Sequence record: NC_055712.1
DNA: 64,000 nucleotides
Strand: one strand, 5' to 3'
Source: Escherichia phage phT4A
In this document: positions 13,535 to 23,529 of the stretch, in pieces
How the letters are laid out: the number at the start of each line of letters is the position of its first letter
How positions within the stretch are numbered: the first letter of the stretch is position 1
Notes under the pieces: model-generated
What the model was told of the DNA's origin: nothing
The model's input: only the letters and a program-made list of their open reading frames with translations
Database searches by the model: none
Translations under genes and position numbers: made by a program

Positions 13535-15526
13535 ATGGCTTTAATCTCTCCAGGCATTGAAACTAAAGAAACATCGGTACAATCTACCGTTGTTCGAAAT
13601 TCAACTGGTCGTGCTGCTATTGTTGGTAAATTTTCATGGGGGCCAGCTTACCAGATCCGTCAGATTTCTAACGAAGTCGAACTGGTAAACTATTTTGGCT
13701 CCCCAGACAATGACACCGCTGATTATTTCATGAACGCTGTAAACTTTTTACAGTTCGGTCAGGATCTGCGTGTTGTTCGTGTCGTCGATAAAGAAGCCGC
13801 AAAAAACGCAACCGCGATCTATAATCAGATCAAAACCACGATCACCGCTGCTGGTTCTAACTATGCAGTAGACGATCAGATCAAAGTTAAACACAATAAC
13901 GTTGTTATTGAAGAAGATGGTGTTGTTACCAGCGTTGATGATCAGGGTAAAATCCTGTCTGTGTTCATTCCGAGCACTAAGATCATCGCACATGCTAAAC
14001 AGGTTGGTGTATATCCGGATCTATCTAGTGGCTGGACTACAGAAATCATTTCCAGTTCTTCTGGTGTTTCTGCTACGATTACAATCGACGGCGTAGAAGT
14101 TGATCCGGGTATTACTCTGCTCAACCTTGATACCGCAAAAGAAACTATTCAGGCAACTGCTTTCCAGGAACTTTGCACCAAATACCAGCTACCGTCTGTT
14201 ATTGCAATTTATCCTGGCGAAATGGGTAGCACCGTAACGGTTGAAATTCTGTCTAAAGCTGCATACGATTCTTCGGCTGTCATTAAGTCTTATCCTTCTG
14301 GTAAGTCTGGTAAAAACAGCGGTCGCAGTTCGATGAACTTTGGCCCTCAGAATGATAACCAATACGCGTTTATCGTTCGCCGTGGTGGTATTATCCAAGA
14401 AACGTTTATCGTGTCAACCGCTAAGGGTGATAAAGATATCTACGGTTCAACGATCTACATGGATGATTTCTTTGCAAACGGTGGTTCGCAGTATCTGTAT
14501 GGTACGTCCCTAAACTGGCCTGTCGGATTCTCCGGCGTTCTGGAACTGGGCGGCGGTACTTCTGCAAACTCCACTGTAGGCGCTGATGAACTCATGGCTG
14601 GTTGGGATATGTTCGCAGATCGTGAATCTCTGCATGTTCCTCTGCTGATTGCGGGTGCTTGTGCTGGCGAAACTGCCGAAATTTCGTCTACTGTACAGAA
14701 ACACGCTGTGTCTATCGGTGAAACCCGTTCAGATTGCGTTGTATTCGTTTCTCCGCCGCGTTCTGCTCTGGTTAATATCCCACTGGCTCAGGCCGTTGAT
14801 AACCTCGTAGAATGGCGTACAGGCTACAAAATCGGTAATACTACCCCAGTTGATAATAACATGAACGTAAGTTCAAGTTATGCGTTCATCGACGGTAACT
14901 ATAAGTTCCAGTATGATAAATACAACGATGTTAACCGTTGGATCCCGCTCGCGGGTGATATGGCTGGCCTCTGTGTTTATACCGATCAGGTATCGCAACC
15001 GTGGATGTCTCCGGCTGGCTACAACCGTGGTCAACTGCGTAACTGCATCAAACTGGCTATCGAACCGACCAACGCGCATCGCGATTCTATGTACCAGGTA
15101 CAGATTAACGCGGTTACTGGTTTCTCTGGTGGTGCCGGATACATTCTGTACGGTGATAAAACCGCAACGACTGTTCCAAGCCCGTTTGACCGTATCAACG
15201 TTCGTCGCTTGTTCAACATGATCAAGAAAGACATTGGCGATAACGCAAAATATAAACTGTTTGAGAATAACGATGATTTCACTCGTTCTTCCTTCCGTAT
15301 GGATGCAGGACAGTATATGTCTAACGTTCGCGCTCTGGGCGGTGTATACGATTACCGTGTGGTTTGTGACACTACGAACAACACGCCGGATGTTATTGAT
15401 CGCAATGAGTTTATTGCATCAATCTACGTCAAACCAGCACGTTCTATCAACTACATCACACTGAACTTCGTAGCAACCTCAACTGGTGCGGATTTCGATG
15501 AGTTGATTGGATCAACGTCAGTATAA
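13535..15526 (+). CDS. 18: tail sheath protein gp18
   Basis: ATG at 13535 gives MALISPGIETKETSVQSTVV, matching the T4 gp18 N-terminus; track ORF start 13466 overlaps gp17 and is rejected. Confidence 0.95.
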   Translation: MALISPGIETKETSVQSTVVRNSTGRAAIVGKFSWGPAYQIRQISNEVELVNYFGSPDNDTADYFMNAVNFLQFGQDLRVVRVVDKEAAKNATAIYNQIKTTITAAGSNYAVDDQIKVKHNNVVIEEDGVVTSVDDQGKILSVFIPSTKIIAHAKQVGVYPDLSSGWTTEIISSSSGVSATITIDGVEVDPGITLLNLDTAKETIQATAFQELCTKYQLPSVIAIYPGEMGSTVTVEILSKAAYDSSAVIKSYPSGKSGKNSGRSSMNFGPQNDNQYAFIVRRGGIIQETFIVSTAKGDKDIYGSTIYMDDFFANGGSQYLYGTSLNWPVGFSGVLELGGGTSANSTVGADELMAGWDMFADRESLHVPLLIAGACAGETAEISSTVQKHAVSIGETRSDCVVFVSPPRSALVNIPLAQAVDNLVEWRTGYKIGNTTPVDNNMNVSSSYAFIDGNYKFQYDKYNDVNRWIPLAGDMAGLCVYTDQVSQPWMSPAGYNRGQLRNCIKLAIEPTNAHRDSMYQVQINAVTGFSGGAGYILYGDKTATTVPSPFDRINVRRLFNMIKKDIGDNAKYKLFENNDDFTRSSFRMDAGQYMSNVRALGGVYDYRVVCDTTNNTPDVIDRNEFIASIYVKPARSINYITLNFVATSTGADFDELIGSTSV

Positions 15527-15533
15527 CATGTAA

Positions 15534-15549
15534 GGGGCTGAAAAGCCCC
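15534..15549 (+). terminator. hairpin after gp18 (ggggc-tgaaaa-gcccc)
   Basis: GC-rich inverted repeat immediately downstream of the gp18 stop. Confidence 0.5.
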
Positions 15550-15557
15550 TATAAATA
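15550..15557 (+). promoter_or_regulatory. T4-type late promoter box TATAAATA upstream of gene 19
   Basis: Exact TATAAATA 18 nt upstream of the gp19 ATG. Confidence 0.6.
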
Positions 15558-15574
15558 CACATAGAGGTTAGAAA

Positions 15575-16060
15575 ATGCTTACTGATATTGTACGCGCCTT
15601 TGAATCCGGTGATTTCGCACGTCCGAACCTGTTCGAAGTAGAGATCCCGTACCTGGGCAAAAACTTTAAATTAAAATGTAAAGCCGCTACTATGCCAGCG
15701 TCTACCGTTGAAAAAGTTCCGGTAGGTTACATGAACCGCAAAATTAACGTTGCTGGTGACCGTACCTATGATGACTGGACAATCACGGTATATAACGACG
15801 ATGCACACACAACCCGTGATGCAATCGTAGCATGGTCAAACATGCTGCATGGTATGGGTGAAGACATTACAGGGGATATCCCTGCAAACTACAAAAAAAC
15901 CGCTACGGTTAAACAAAAAAACCGTAACGACGAAGTAACCGCCGAACATACCATTTATGGCCTGTTCCCGACCAACGTTGGTGAGGTTACTTTAGACTGG
16001 GATAGCAACAACGAAGTGAGCACTTTTGAGTGTACTTTCGCGCTAGACTGGTGGGTTTAA
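15575..16060 (+). CDS. 19: tail tube protein gp19
   Basis: 161 aa; RAFESGDFARPNLF(E/Q)VEI, VGxMNRKINVAGDRT, LDWDSNNE match T4 gp19. Confidence 0.95.
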   Translation: MLTDIVRAFESGDFARPNLFEVEIPYLGKNFKLKCKAATMPASTVEKVPVGYMNRKINVAGDRTYDDWTITVYNDDAHTTRDAIVAWSNMLHGMGEDITGDIPANYKKTATVKQKNRNDEVTAEHTIYGLFPTNVGEVTLDWDSNNEVSTFECTFALDWWV

Positions 16061-16064
16061 ACGC

Positions 16065-16072
16065 TATAAATA
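16065..16072 (+). promoter_or_regulatory. late promoter box TATAAATA upstream of gene 20
   Basis: Exact TATAAATA between the gp19 stop and the gp20 start. Confidence 0.55.
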
Positions 16073-16075
16073 TAG

Positions 16076-16095
16076 GGGTAGCAATACCCCTTATC
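16076..16095 (+). terminator. hairpin (ggggtagcaatacccc) after gene 19
   Basis: Inverted repeat followed by a T-rich stretch. Confidence 0.45.
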
Positions 16096-16115
16096 ATTAT
16101 TTTTCGGAGTTGTAA

Positions 16116-17690
16116 ATGAACTTTTTTGGATTAGACAATGTGTTAGGGTTTTTCAAAAATTTCGCCAAACAGGATGAAATGGAATTTGAAGCCCAATTAA
16201 AAGATGATACAGGTTCGATTGCGCCTCCGAAAAATAACGACGGGGCGCACGAAATCGAAACGGACTTATCAAACCAGCGTTATTCTTCTGTGTTCCAACA
16301 GTTCTATTCCGGACAGGATCCGCGAATTCAGAACAAAACACAGCTAATAAATACATACCGTGGCATCATGACATACCCGGAAGTGGAAAACGCTGTTTCT
16401 GAAATCATTAACGAAGCGATTGTTAATGAACAAGGAAAAGATATTGTTACGATGGATCTTACTAAAACGAATTTTAGTAAAAATATCCAAGATAAGATCA
16501 TGGAAGAACTCGATACCGTAATGAATATTCACGATTTCGATAACCGAGGCTCTCGTTTATTCCGTGATTGGTATGTTGATTCGCGTATCTATTTCCATAA
16601 AATCATGCACAAAAATGAAGCTGACGGCATCAAAGAATTGCGCCAGTTAGATCCCCGTTGCATGGAACTGATCCGAGAATCGGTTACAGAAACCCTACCC
16701 GGTGGGGTTAAAATTTTCCGTGGCTATCGTGAATACTTCGTATACACCGCACCGAAAAACGGTTATAGCTACAACGGACAGATTTATAGTCACAATGACA
16801 AGGTAAAAATTCCTCGCTCTGCGATTGTTTACGCTCATAGCGGCCTTGAAGATTGCGACAACAACATTATAGGCTACCTGCACCGCGCGGTCAAGCCAGC
16901 TAACCAGTTGCGTTTGCTGGAAGATGCTATGGTGATTTACCGTATTACCCGTGCGCCTGAACGTCGTGTGTTCTATATCGACGTAGGTCAGATGGGTGGC
17001 CCTAAAGCTACACAGTACGTAAATAACATTGCACAGGGCTTAAAAAACCGTGTTGTATATGACGCGAGCACTGGTAAAGTTAAGAATCAGCAAAATAACC
17101 TGTCAATGACAGAGGACTATTGGCTGATGCGTCGTGATGGTAAAGCAGTTACCGAAGTTTCAACGCTTCCTGGTGGCACTGCCTTCTCTGATATCGACGA
17201 TGTTAAATGGTTTAACCGTAAGCTGTATGAAGCGTTGCGTATTCCGTTAAGCCGTATGCCTCGCGATGATGGCGGTATCCAGTTGGGTAACGATGGCGGT
17301 ATTACCCGCGACGAATTGAACTTTAGCAAATTTATTCGCGAATTGCAAATTCAATTCAACCCTGTTCTTGCGGATCCGTTAAAAACTAACTTGATCGCGA
17401 AGAAAATCATTACAGAAGATGAATGGGATGAAAACGTAAGTAAGATTGCTTTTGTATATCAGCAAGATTCTTACTATTCCGAAATCAAAGATATTGAGAT
17501 TTTGGAACGCCGTTTAAACCTGATGGGCCAACTTGAAGGAGTGGTCGGCAAATATATCTCCCATAAATACGTAATGAAAGAAGTTCTCCGGATGTCTGAT
17601 GAGGAAATTCAAAGCGAAGCCAAACAGATAGAAGAAGAATCAAAAGAAGAACGTTTTAAAAATCCAGAAGCGGAAGAGGAAAACTTTTGA
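16116..17690 (+). CDS. 20: portal vertex protein gp20
   Basis: 524 aa (T4 gp20 524 aa); extensive co-linear identity (GYLHRAVKPANQL(R/K)LLEDA, NLSMTEDYWL, DEEI(Q/E)xEAKQIEEESKE). Confidence 0.97.
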   Translation: MNFFGLDNVLGFFKNFAKQDEMEFEAQLKDDTGSIAPPKNNDGAHEIETDLSNQRYSSVFQQFYSGQDPRIQNKTQLINTYRGIMTYPEVENAVSEIINEAIVNEQGKDIVTMDLTKTNFSKNIQDKIMEELDTVMNIHDFDNRGSRLFRDWYVDSRIYFHKIMHKNEADGIKELRQLDPRCMELIRESVTETLPGGVKIFRGYREYFVYTAPKNGYSYNGQIYSHNDKVKIPRSAIVYAHSGLEDCDNNIIGYLHRAVKPANQLRLLEDAMVIYRITRAPERRVFYIDVGQMGGPKATQYVNNIAQGLKNRVVYDASTGKVKNQQNNLSMTEDYWLMRRDGKAVTEVSTLPGGTAFSDIDDVKWFNRKLYEALRIPLSRMPRDDGGIQLGNDGGITRDELNFSKFIRELQIQFNPVLADPLKTNLIAKKIITEDEWDENVSKIAFVYQQDSYYSEIKDIEILERRLNLMGQLEGVVGKYISHKYVMKEVLRMSDEEIQSEAKQIEEESKEERFKNPEAEEENF

Positions 17691-17933
17691 TGAAAGAATT
17701 TATCGAAGCAATCAAAAGCGGTAATCTGGTGGAAGCTAAAAAAAACTTTTTACTCCATCATGGAAGACCGCAAAGAAGCGCTTCGTCACGAATTGCGCGT
17801 TGAACTTGCCGAAGCTGTACGCATCGAAGGCGAAGAAGACAAAGAAAAAGACGACGAAGGCGCTGATAAAGATGACGAAAATGGCGATAAAAAGCCAGCC
17901 GAGGATGATAAATCCGATAAAGATGATGAGTGA
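17690..17933 (+). CDS. 67: prohead core protein gp67, interrupted by a single-base indel in an A8-C-T5 tract (17738-17751)
   Basis: N-terminal 24 codons (MKEFIEAIKSGNLVEAKKNF) in one frame, acidic C-terminal part (..IEGEEDKEKDDE..) in the +1 frame; removing one base restores a T4 gp67-like ~81 aa protein. Confidence 0.7.
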
Positions 17934-17941
17934 GGTGTGTA

Positions 17942-18346
17942 ATGCAACTTGACATCGAAATCACCGCCGAAGATCTCCAGGAACATTTAGACGAAGCGAA
18001 AGCCCGTGTAGATATTCTGGGTATCGATGAAGGCACGGTTAAAATCATCGAAAATTTGGCGGTCACCGAACCAAATTTAGCCCTTGCTATGATGGCGGTT
18101 GTTGAAGGTTTAACACTTGATGAGGTAATTGTCAAGCATGTTGATTCCCGTGGCAACGTAGAACGCCTCAAAGACAGGAAAACCCGTGAGCGTAATGCGT
18201 ATCAGACGACCGGATTAACTAAATCCCAACGTCGCCAGATCGCGCGTCGTGCTCTCAAAACAAAACGTGCTAACCCGTCAATTGCTACTCGCGCACAACG
18301 TAAGCGCAAGAAAGCATTGCGTAAACGTGCTGCACTGGGGCTATAA
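17942..18346 (+). CDS. 68: prohead core protein gp68
   Basis: ATG at 17942 (track start 17930 is a GTG); position between 67 and 21; basic C-terminus. Confidence 0.75.
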   Translation: MQLDIEITAEDLQEHLDEAKARVDILGIDEGTVKIIENLAVTEPNLALAMMAVVEGLTLDEVIVKHVDSRGNVERLKDRKTRERNAYQTTGLTKSQRRQIARRALKTKRANPSIATRAQRKRKKALRKRAALGL

Positions 18347-18348
18347 AT

Positions 18349-18996
18349 ATGAATGAATCCCAAATCAACGAAAACGGCGATATGCTTTTAATCGAAGAAT
18401 GGGGTTTACCTTGCGGTGACGTTTCAGAATCTATTTTAGAATCTGTTGGGGAATCAAAAGACGGTAAATTGCGGATCGAAGGTATTTTCCTTCAAGCCGA
18501 AAAGGTTAACCGTAACCGTCGTTTGTATCCTAAAAACGTACTTGAAGAAGCAGTTAACGATTATATTAGAACTCAAGTTAACACCCGTCAAGCATTAGGT
18601 GAAATGAATCACCCTCCGCGCCCGAATGTGGATCCGCGAAATGCTTGCATCCTGATTGAAAAATTGTGGTGGAAGGGTAACGATGTTTGGGGCCGCGCTG
18701 TTGTTGTTGAAGGCGACGGTGGTGATGGTGACAAACTGGCGGCGTTGATTCGTGCTGGTTGGGTTCCTGGTGTTTCTTCCCGTGGATTAGGTAAGCTCTC
18801 CGATTCCGGCAAAGGCTACGGCGTTGTACAAAAGGGCTTTAAATTAGCTGTAGGCGTTGATGTCGTCTGGGGGCCAAGCGCACCTGATGCATATGTTAAG
18901 CCTATAGTGGAAAATCAGCAAAGCAAACCGCTTGTTGAGAATAATAGTGCTGATGACGCTTTTCGGGAATTGTCCGAGCGTTTGAAAGGTCTATAA
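18349..18996 (+). CDS. 21: prohead core scaffold protease gp21
   Basis: 215 aa; EGIFLQAExVNRNxRLYPK, ALGExNHPPRxNVDP, WWKGNDV(W/Y)GRA, GWxPGVSSRGLG as in T4 gp21. Confidence 0.96.
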   Translation: MNESQINENGDMLLIEEWGLPCGDVSESILESVGESKDGKLRIEGIFLQAEKVNRNRRLYPKNVLEEAVNDYIRTQVNTRQALGEMNHPPRPNVDPRNACILIEKLWWKGNDVWGRAVVVEGDGGDGDKLAALIRAGWVPGVSSRGLGKLSDSGKGYGVVQKGFKLAVGVDVVWGPSAPDAYVKPIVENQQSKPLVENNSADDAFRELSERLKGL

Positions 18997-18999
18997 ATA
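18992..18999 (+). promoter_or_regulatory. late promoter box TATAAATA upstream of gene 22
   Basis: Exact TATAAATA about 30 nt upstream of the gp22 ATG. Confidence 0.6.
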
Positions 19000-19028
19000 C
19001 ATTAAACAAAACAACAGGAAAATCAAAA

Positions 19029-19817
19029 ATGCTTAAAGAACAACTGCTGGCGGAAGCCCAGAACCTGGATACTCCGGTCGAGTTAGACAGCATTTTCGAA
19101 TCAGTTGAACTTTCTGATGACGTGAAAGCGACATTCACCACTGTATTCGAACAAGCTGTAAAAGCTGGCGCGGCAAAACTCGCTGAATCCCACATTACCC
19201 AGATCGCGGAACGTTCCGACGAACTGGTCGAAGCTCAGGTAACTGAACGTGCCGCTGAAATCGAAACTAAGCTGTACGAAGATGCTGATAAATATTTTGC
19301 GCACATTTCCGAAGAATGGCTGAAAGAAAACAAAGAAGCCGTTTCCCGTGACATCAAAGCAGATCTGTTTGAATCCCTGATCATGGGCCTCAAAGAAGTT
19401 CTGGTTGAACATAACGTTGTCATTCCGGAAGAACAGGTTGATGTAGTCGCCGAACTGGAAGACGAACTGACTGAGAATCAGCAGGAAGTTAAAACCCTGT
19501 TTGAAGCAAATCAGGAACTGACCAAAGAAATTTCAGAAATGAAACGCAATGCAGTAGTTTCAGAGAAAACTAAAGGTTTGACCGAATCTCAGGTCGAAAA
19601 AGTAGAATCTCTGATTGAAGGGCTGGAATATTCCGCAACCTTCGAAAATAAACTCAGCGCAATTGTTGAAATGGTAGCAACCAAAGCTGAAAAACCCGTT
19701 GACGAGTCTGTAAATACTCCGCAAACGAAAGATGACTTTGTTCCGGTAGTCGAAAGTGTTCCGGCAGAGAAATCCAAGATCAATAAATATGTACAAGCGG
19801 CAAAAGCCCTTTCTTAA
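19029..19817 (+). CDS. 22: prohead core scaffold protein gp22
   Basis: 262 aa; MLKEQL(L/I)AEAQ, KLAESHI, AELFES(L/M), EHNVVxPEExVDVVAE, KLSAIVEMV match T4 gp22. Confidence 0.95.
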   Translation: MLKEQLLAEAQNLDTPVELDSIFESVELSDDVKATFTTVFEQAVKAGAAKLAESHITQIAERSDELVEAQVTERAAEIETKLYEDADKYFAHISEEWLKENKEAVSRDIKADLFESLIMGLKEVLVEHNVVIPEEQVDVVAELEDELTENQQEVKTLFEANQELTKEISEMKRNAVVSEKTKGLTESQVEKVESLIEGLEYSATFENKLSAIVEMVATKAEKPVDESVNTPQTKDDFVPVVESVPAEKSKINKYVQAAKALS

Positions 19818-19836
19818 TTTCAAAAGGTAAGAAACA

Positions 19837-21405
19837 ATGTCTAAGAAAAACGAATTGATGGAAAAATGGAACGATCTTCTGGAGTCTCAGGAAGGCTTAC
19901 CGGATATCGCTACCAAATCCAAAAAACAACTGATTGCTGCCATTATGGAAGCACAGGAAAAAGACGCAGAAGTTGATCCGGTTTACCGCGACGAGAAAAT
20001 CGTTGAATCCTTCGGTGGTTTCCTGGCGGAAGCTGAAATTGCTGGTGACCACGGTTACGACGCAACCAAAATCGCTTCTGGTAACTCAAGCGGTGCTATC
20101 ACCAACATCGGCCCTGCTGTAATCGGTATGGTTCGCCGTGCGATTCCTAACCTGATTGCGTTCGATATCTGCGGTGTTCAGCCTATGACTGGCCCTACTG
20201 GTCAGGTGTTCGCTCTCCGCGCAGTGTACGGCAAAGATCCGCTGGCTTCCGGTGCTAAAGAAGCATTCCATCCGATGTTCTCCCCGGATAGCATGTACTC
20301 CGGTCAGGGCGCGGCTCCGAGCAACGGCTTTAACGAACTGGCTTCCGGTACTGCTATCGCTGACGGCGCTATCGTGTTCCACGATTTCTCTGAAACTGGT
20401 CGTGTGTTCCTCCAGAACGTTTCTGGCTCTCCGGTTACTGTAACTGGTTCTACCGCCGATGCTCTGGATGCTGCTGTTATCGCCGAACAGGAAAAAGGTA
20501 CTCTGGCTGAAATTTCTTACGGTATGGCTACCAGTGTAGCAGAACTGCAAGAACAGTTCAACGGTTCTACTGGCAACCCGTGGAACGAAATGGGCTTCCG
20601 TATCGATAAGCAGGTTATCGAAGCACGTAGCCGCCAACTGAAAGCACAGTACTCTGTAGAACTGGCTCAGGATCTCCGCGCTGTTCACGGTATGGACGCT
20701 GACGCCGAACTGTCTGCTATTCTGGCAACCGAAATCATGCTGGAAATCAACCGCGAAATCGTTGACATGATCAACTATACCGCACAGGTTGGTAAAACTG
20801 GTTTCACTCAGACCGTTGGCTCTAAAGCTGGTGCGTTTGACTTCCAGGATCCGATTGATGTTCGTGGCGCTCGTTGGGCTGGTGAAAGCTACAAAGCTCT
20901 GCTGATTCAGATCGACAAAGAAGCAAACGAAATCGCACGTCAAACTGGTCGTGGTGCTGGTAACTTCATCATCGCTTCCCGTAACGTGGTTTCCGCTCTG
21001 GCTCGTATCGATAGCGGTATCACTCCGGCAGGTCAAGGTCTCCAGAAGACTCTGAACGTTGACACCACTAAAGCAGTATTCGCTGGTGTTCTGGGTGGCG
21101 TGTACAAAGTATACATCGACCAGTATGCACGTGGTGATTACTTCACCGTGGGTTACAAAGGCGATAACGAAATGGATGCTGGTATCTACTACGCTCCGTA
21201 TGTTGCGCTGACCCCGCTGCGTGGTTCTGATCCGAAGAACTTCCAGCCAGTAATGGGCTTCAAAACTCGTTACGGTGTAGGTATCAACCCGTTTGCGAAC
21301 TCTCGCTCTCAGGCTCCGTCCGACCGTATCACTTCTGGTATGATTACCAAAGAAATGTTCGGTAAAAACGCATACTTCCGCAAGGTTTATGTGAAAGGCT
21401 TATAA
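19837..21405 (+). CDS. 23: major capsid protein gp23
   Basis: 522 aa (T4 gp23 521 aa); near-identical blocks (GPAVxGMVRRAIPNLIAFDICGVQPM, GSDPKNFQPVMGFKTRYG). Confidence 0.98.
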   Translation: MSKKNELMEKWNDLLESQEGLPDIATKSKKQLIAAIMEAQEKDAEVDPVYRDEKIVESFGGFLAEAEIAGDHGYDATKIASGNSSGAITNIGPAVIGMVRRAIPNLIAFDICGVQPMTGPTGQVFALRAVYGKDPLASGAKEAFHPMFSPDSMYSGQGAAPSNGFNELASGTAIADGAIVFHDFSETGRVFLQNVSGSPVTVTGSTADALDAAVIAEQEKGTLAEISYGMATSVAELQEQFNGSTGNPWNEMGFRIDKQVIEARSRQLKAQYSVELAQDLRAVHGMDADAELSAILATEIMLEINREIVDMINYTAQVGKTGFTQTVGSKAGAFDFQDPIDVRGARWAGESYKALLIQIDKEANEIARQTGRGAGNFIIASRNVVSALARIDSGITPAGQGLQKTLNVDTTKAVFAGVLGGVYKVYIDQYARGDYFTVGYKGDNEMDAGIYYAPYVALTPLRGSDPKNFQPVMGFKTRYGVGINPFANSRSQAPSDRITSGMITKEMFGKNAYFRKVYVKGL

Positions 21406-21430
21406 GTTATTGAAAAATAACGATATTAAA

Positions 21431-21453
21431 GGGAACCTTCGGGTTCCCTTTTT
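21431..21453 (+). terminator. rho-independent terminator after gene 23 (gggaacc-ttcg-ggttccc + T5)
   Basis: Perfect 7-bp GC stem with ttcg loop and T tract. Confidence 0.7.
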
Positions 21454-21459
21454 CATTTC

Positions 21460-21467
21460 TATAAATA
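21460..21467 (+). promoter_or_regulatory. late promoter box TATAAATA upstream of the seg-like gene
   Basis: Exact TATAAATA. Confidence 0.5.
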
Positions 21468-21490
21468 GTGAAAACAATTGAGGCTATATT

Positions 21491-22126
21491 ATGAAACATA
21501 TTATCTACAAAATAACAAATTTGGTTAATAATAAAATTTATGTTGGTGCTCATTCAACAGAAGACATCAACGATTCATACATGGGTTCAGGGGTGGCTAT
21601 AAAGGCGGCTCAGAGGAAGTATGGTATCGATAAATTTATAAAAGAAATATTACATATTTTTGATACCCGTGAAGAAATGTATGAAAAAGAAAGAGAGATT
21701 GTTAATCTAGAATTTGTTAATAATCCACATACATATAATATGGGTATCGGTGGTGATGGTGGCCCTATGTTGGGTATGTTTCATTCAGAAGAGAAGAAAC
21801 AAGAAATTTCCAAGATTACTAAAGAGAGAATGACAGATGAAGTAAAATCTCGTCTCTCTAAACTTAAAAAGGGTAAACCACAGTCCAAAGAATCCAACAG
21901 GAAGCGCTCAGAGACGTTAAAAGCTAAATATATGAATGGACGTATAGACAGAGAGTATAAACCTCTCACAGAAGCGCACAAGGCGAAATTAGGCCGTTCT
22001 GTATCGATAGATGGAGTTGTATACTCATCCGGATCGGAGGCGGCAAAATCCCTTAGTATGTCCCACTCTGGTTTAAAATATCGGATTAATAGCGACAAAT
22101 ACCCTACCTGGAAATTTGTTGCATAA
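21491..22126 (+). CDS. GIY-YIG homing endonuclease, SegD-like
   Basis: 211 aa; canonical N-terminal GIY-YIG module (IIYKITNLVNNKIYVGAHS ... GSG), basic C-terminal DNA-binding tail; sits between 23 and 24 as segD does in T4. Confidence 0.8.
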   Translation: MKHIIYKITNLVNNKIYVGAHSTEDINDSYMGSGVAIKAAQRKYGIDKFIKEILHIFDTREEMYEKEREIVNLEFVNNPHTYNMGIGGDGGPMLGMFHSEEKKQEISKITKERMTDEVKSRLSKLKKGKPQSKESNRKRSETLKAKYMNGRIDREYKPLTEAHKAKLGRSVSIDGVVYSSGSEAAKSLSMSHSGLKYRINSDKYPTWKFVA

Positions 22127-22158
22127 ATACCATTATACACTTTACGCAGGAACATAAA

Positions 22159-23448
22159 ATGAGTGAAAAATTTTACACAATTAACAAGCTGGTGCGTCAG
22201 TCACAGCTACCGCCTGGCCTGTCTAAAAAGGTTCTTGATGAGGCAACCGGAACAGAAACAATTAACGTAGCTAATACCCGTCCGGATCTGGTATCTCTTA
22301 CCCGTGCGGTAAACAACCTGATCTACGGTGAACTTGTAGCAATTCAGGAAACTAATTTGCCTACCGCAACTCTGTTCGGTGTGCGTTATCGTAACCCTAA
22401 AGGCGATATGACGTTTTCCAGCGCTGCTACCTATTCCGGTAAGTATGCAAGCCGTGATAACATTCCAGTTGGTGCGGTTGGTACTGCCTATACCAAAGGC
22501 CAAGTTTTTAAACATCCGACAAGCGATGTCGTATACGAAGCAACTGATAGCGTAACTCTCGCAGGTGCTGATATTGATGAAGCAATTATGGTCGCAGTAT
22601 TCAGCAATAAATTACGCCTGGCAAGCGAAGCCGCGCCAACAAGTCAGTATGAAACCAGCGAAGATATTAGCACAACTTCTTTCGAAATGGATCGTTGGAA
22701 TATCAACGTTCGTTCCCGTAAATTCAAAACTGAAATGACCGTGGAACTTATGCAGGATCTGGAAGCAAACCAATTCAACGCAGAAAATGTGATTGAAGAT
22801 GTTCTGGGTACTGTTGCCAGCGAAGAAGTAAACAAAGATATCATCCAGACTCTGATCAACGTATCACATCGTTACAACGTTGATGGTGTGGTAACAAATG
22901 GCATTTTCGATGCTACAACCGCATACACTGCAAAGGATGCTCCGGCTTTAGGTCGTTTCCTGTATCAATTAGTGTGTGAAATGGGGCAGGAAATGAATAG
23001 AACGACTTCATTTGAAGCTACCTATGTCCTGGCCTCTTCTCGCGTTGTAAGCGTTCTGTCTGCGTCTGGTTGGATGCATGAAACTGATGAAACCCACCCG
23101 TTAGCAACAGGTCGACTTAAAAACGGTTATTATGTCTATACTGACACCAATACACCGTTTGATTACCTGTTGACTGGTTGCAAGTACGATCTGGGTGAAA
23201 TGGATCATGTTGGCTCTCTGTTCTATACGCCATACACAGAAGCTGATCAGGCAGGTTCTATCAAGATTTCTGTTGATCCTCAATCCTTACAGCCTAAAGT
23301 TGCTATTCTGATGCGCTACGGTTTATCGGTTAACCCGTATACCACTGCTGCTAATGAAAGACTTGTGAAAGGTGATGACTGGGTAAACCTCTCAGGCAAA
23401 TCTAAAATGAGTCAGATTGTTGGTATCAAACTTCCTAAACTGGGTTGA
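22159..23448 (+). CDS. 24: capsid vertex protein gp24
   Basis: 429 aa; TVELxQDLEAN, MVCEM, SIFYxPYTE, VxPYTxA match T4 gp24. Confidence 0.95.
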   Translation: MSEKFYTINKLVRQSQLPPGLSKKVLDEATGTETINVANTRPDLVSLTRAVNNLIYGELVAIQETNLPTATLFGVRYRNPKGDMTFSSAATYSGKYASRDNIPVGAVGTAYTKGQVFKHPTSDVVYEATDSVTLAGADIDEAIMVAVFSNKLRLASEAAPTSQYETSEDISTTSFEMDRWNINVRSRKFKTEMTVELMQDLEANQFNAENVIEDVLGTVASEEVNKDIIQTLINVSHRYNVDGVVTNGIFDATTAYTAKDAPALGRFLYQLVCEMGQEMNRTTSFEATYVLASSRVVSVLSASGWMHETDETHPLATGRLKNGYYVYTDTNTPFDYLLTGCKYDLGEMDHVGSLFYTPYTEADQAGSIKISVDPQSLQPKVAILMRYGLSVNPYTTAANERLVKGDDWVNLSGKSKMSQIVGIKLPKLG

Positions 23449-23481
23449 TAGTATAACCCAACGGGGATAATATTCAATAGG

Positions 23482-23509
23482 TGGAGTAGGGAAACTTACT
23501 CCATCTTTT
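23482..23509 (+). terminator. hairpin (tggagta...tactcca) + T tract after gene 24
   Basis: 7-bp inverted repeat followed by tctttt. Confidence 0.45.
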
Positions 23510-23529
23510 AATAATTATTATAATTAATA

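Noticed and set aside
17758-18171. 137-aa ORF on the - strand
   Set aside because: Antisense to gp67/gp68; low-complexity translation.
18342-18349. TATAAATA overlapping the gp21 start codon as a late promoter for gene 21
   Set aside because: The box overlaps the ATG, so a transcript starting downstream could not encode the gp21 N-terminus; likely coincidental or serving a downstream start.
20086-21036. 316-aa ORF on the - strand
   Set aside because: Lies entirely antisense to the highly conserved gp23 gene; no RBS; odd Ser/Thr/Cys-rich composition.
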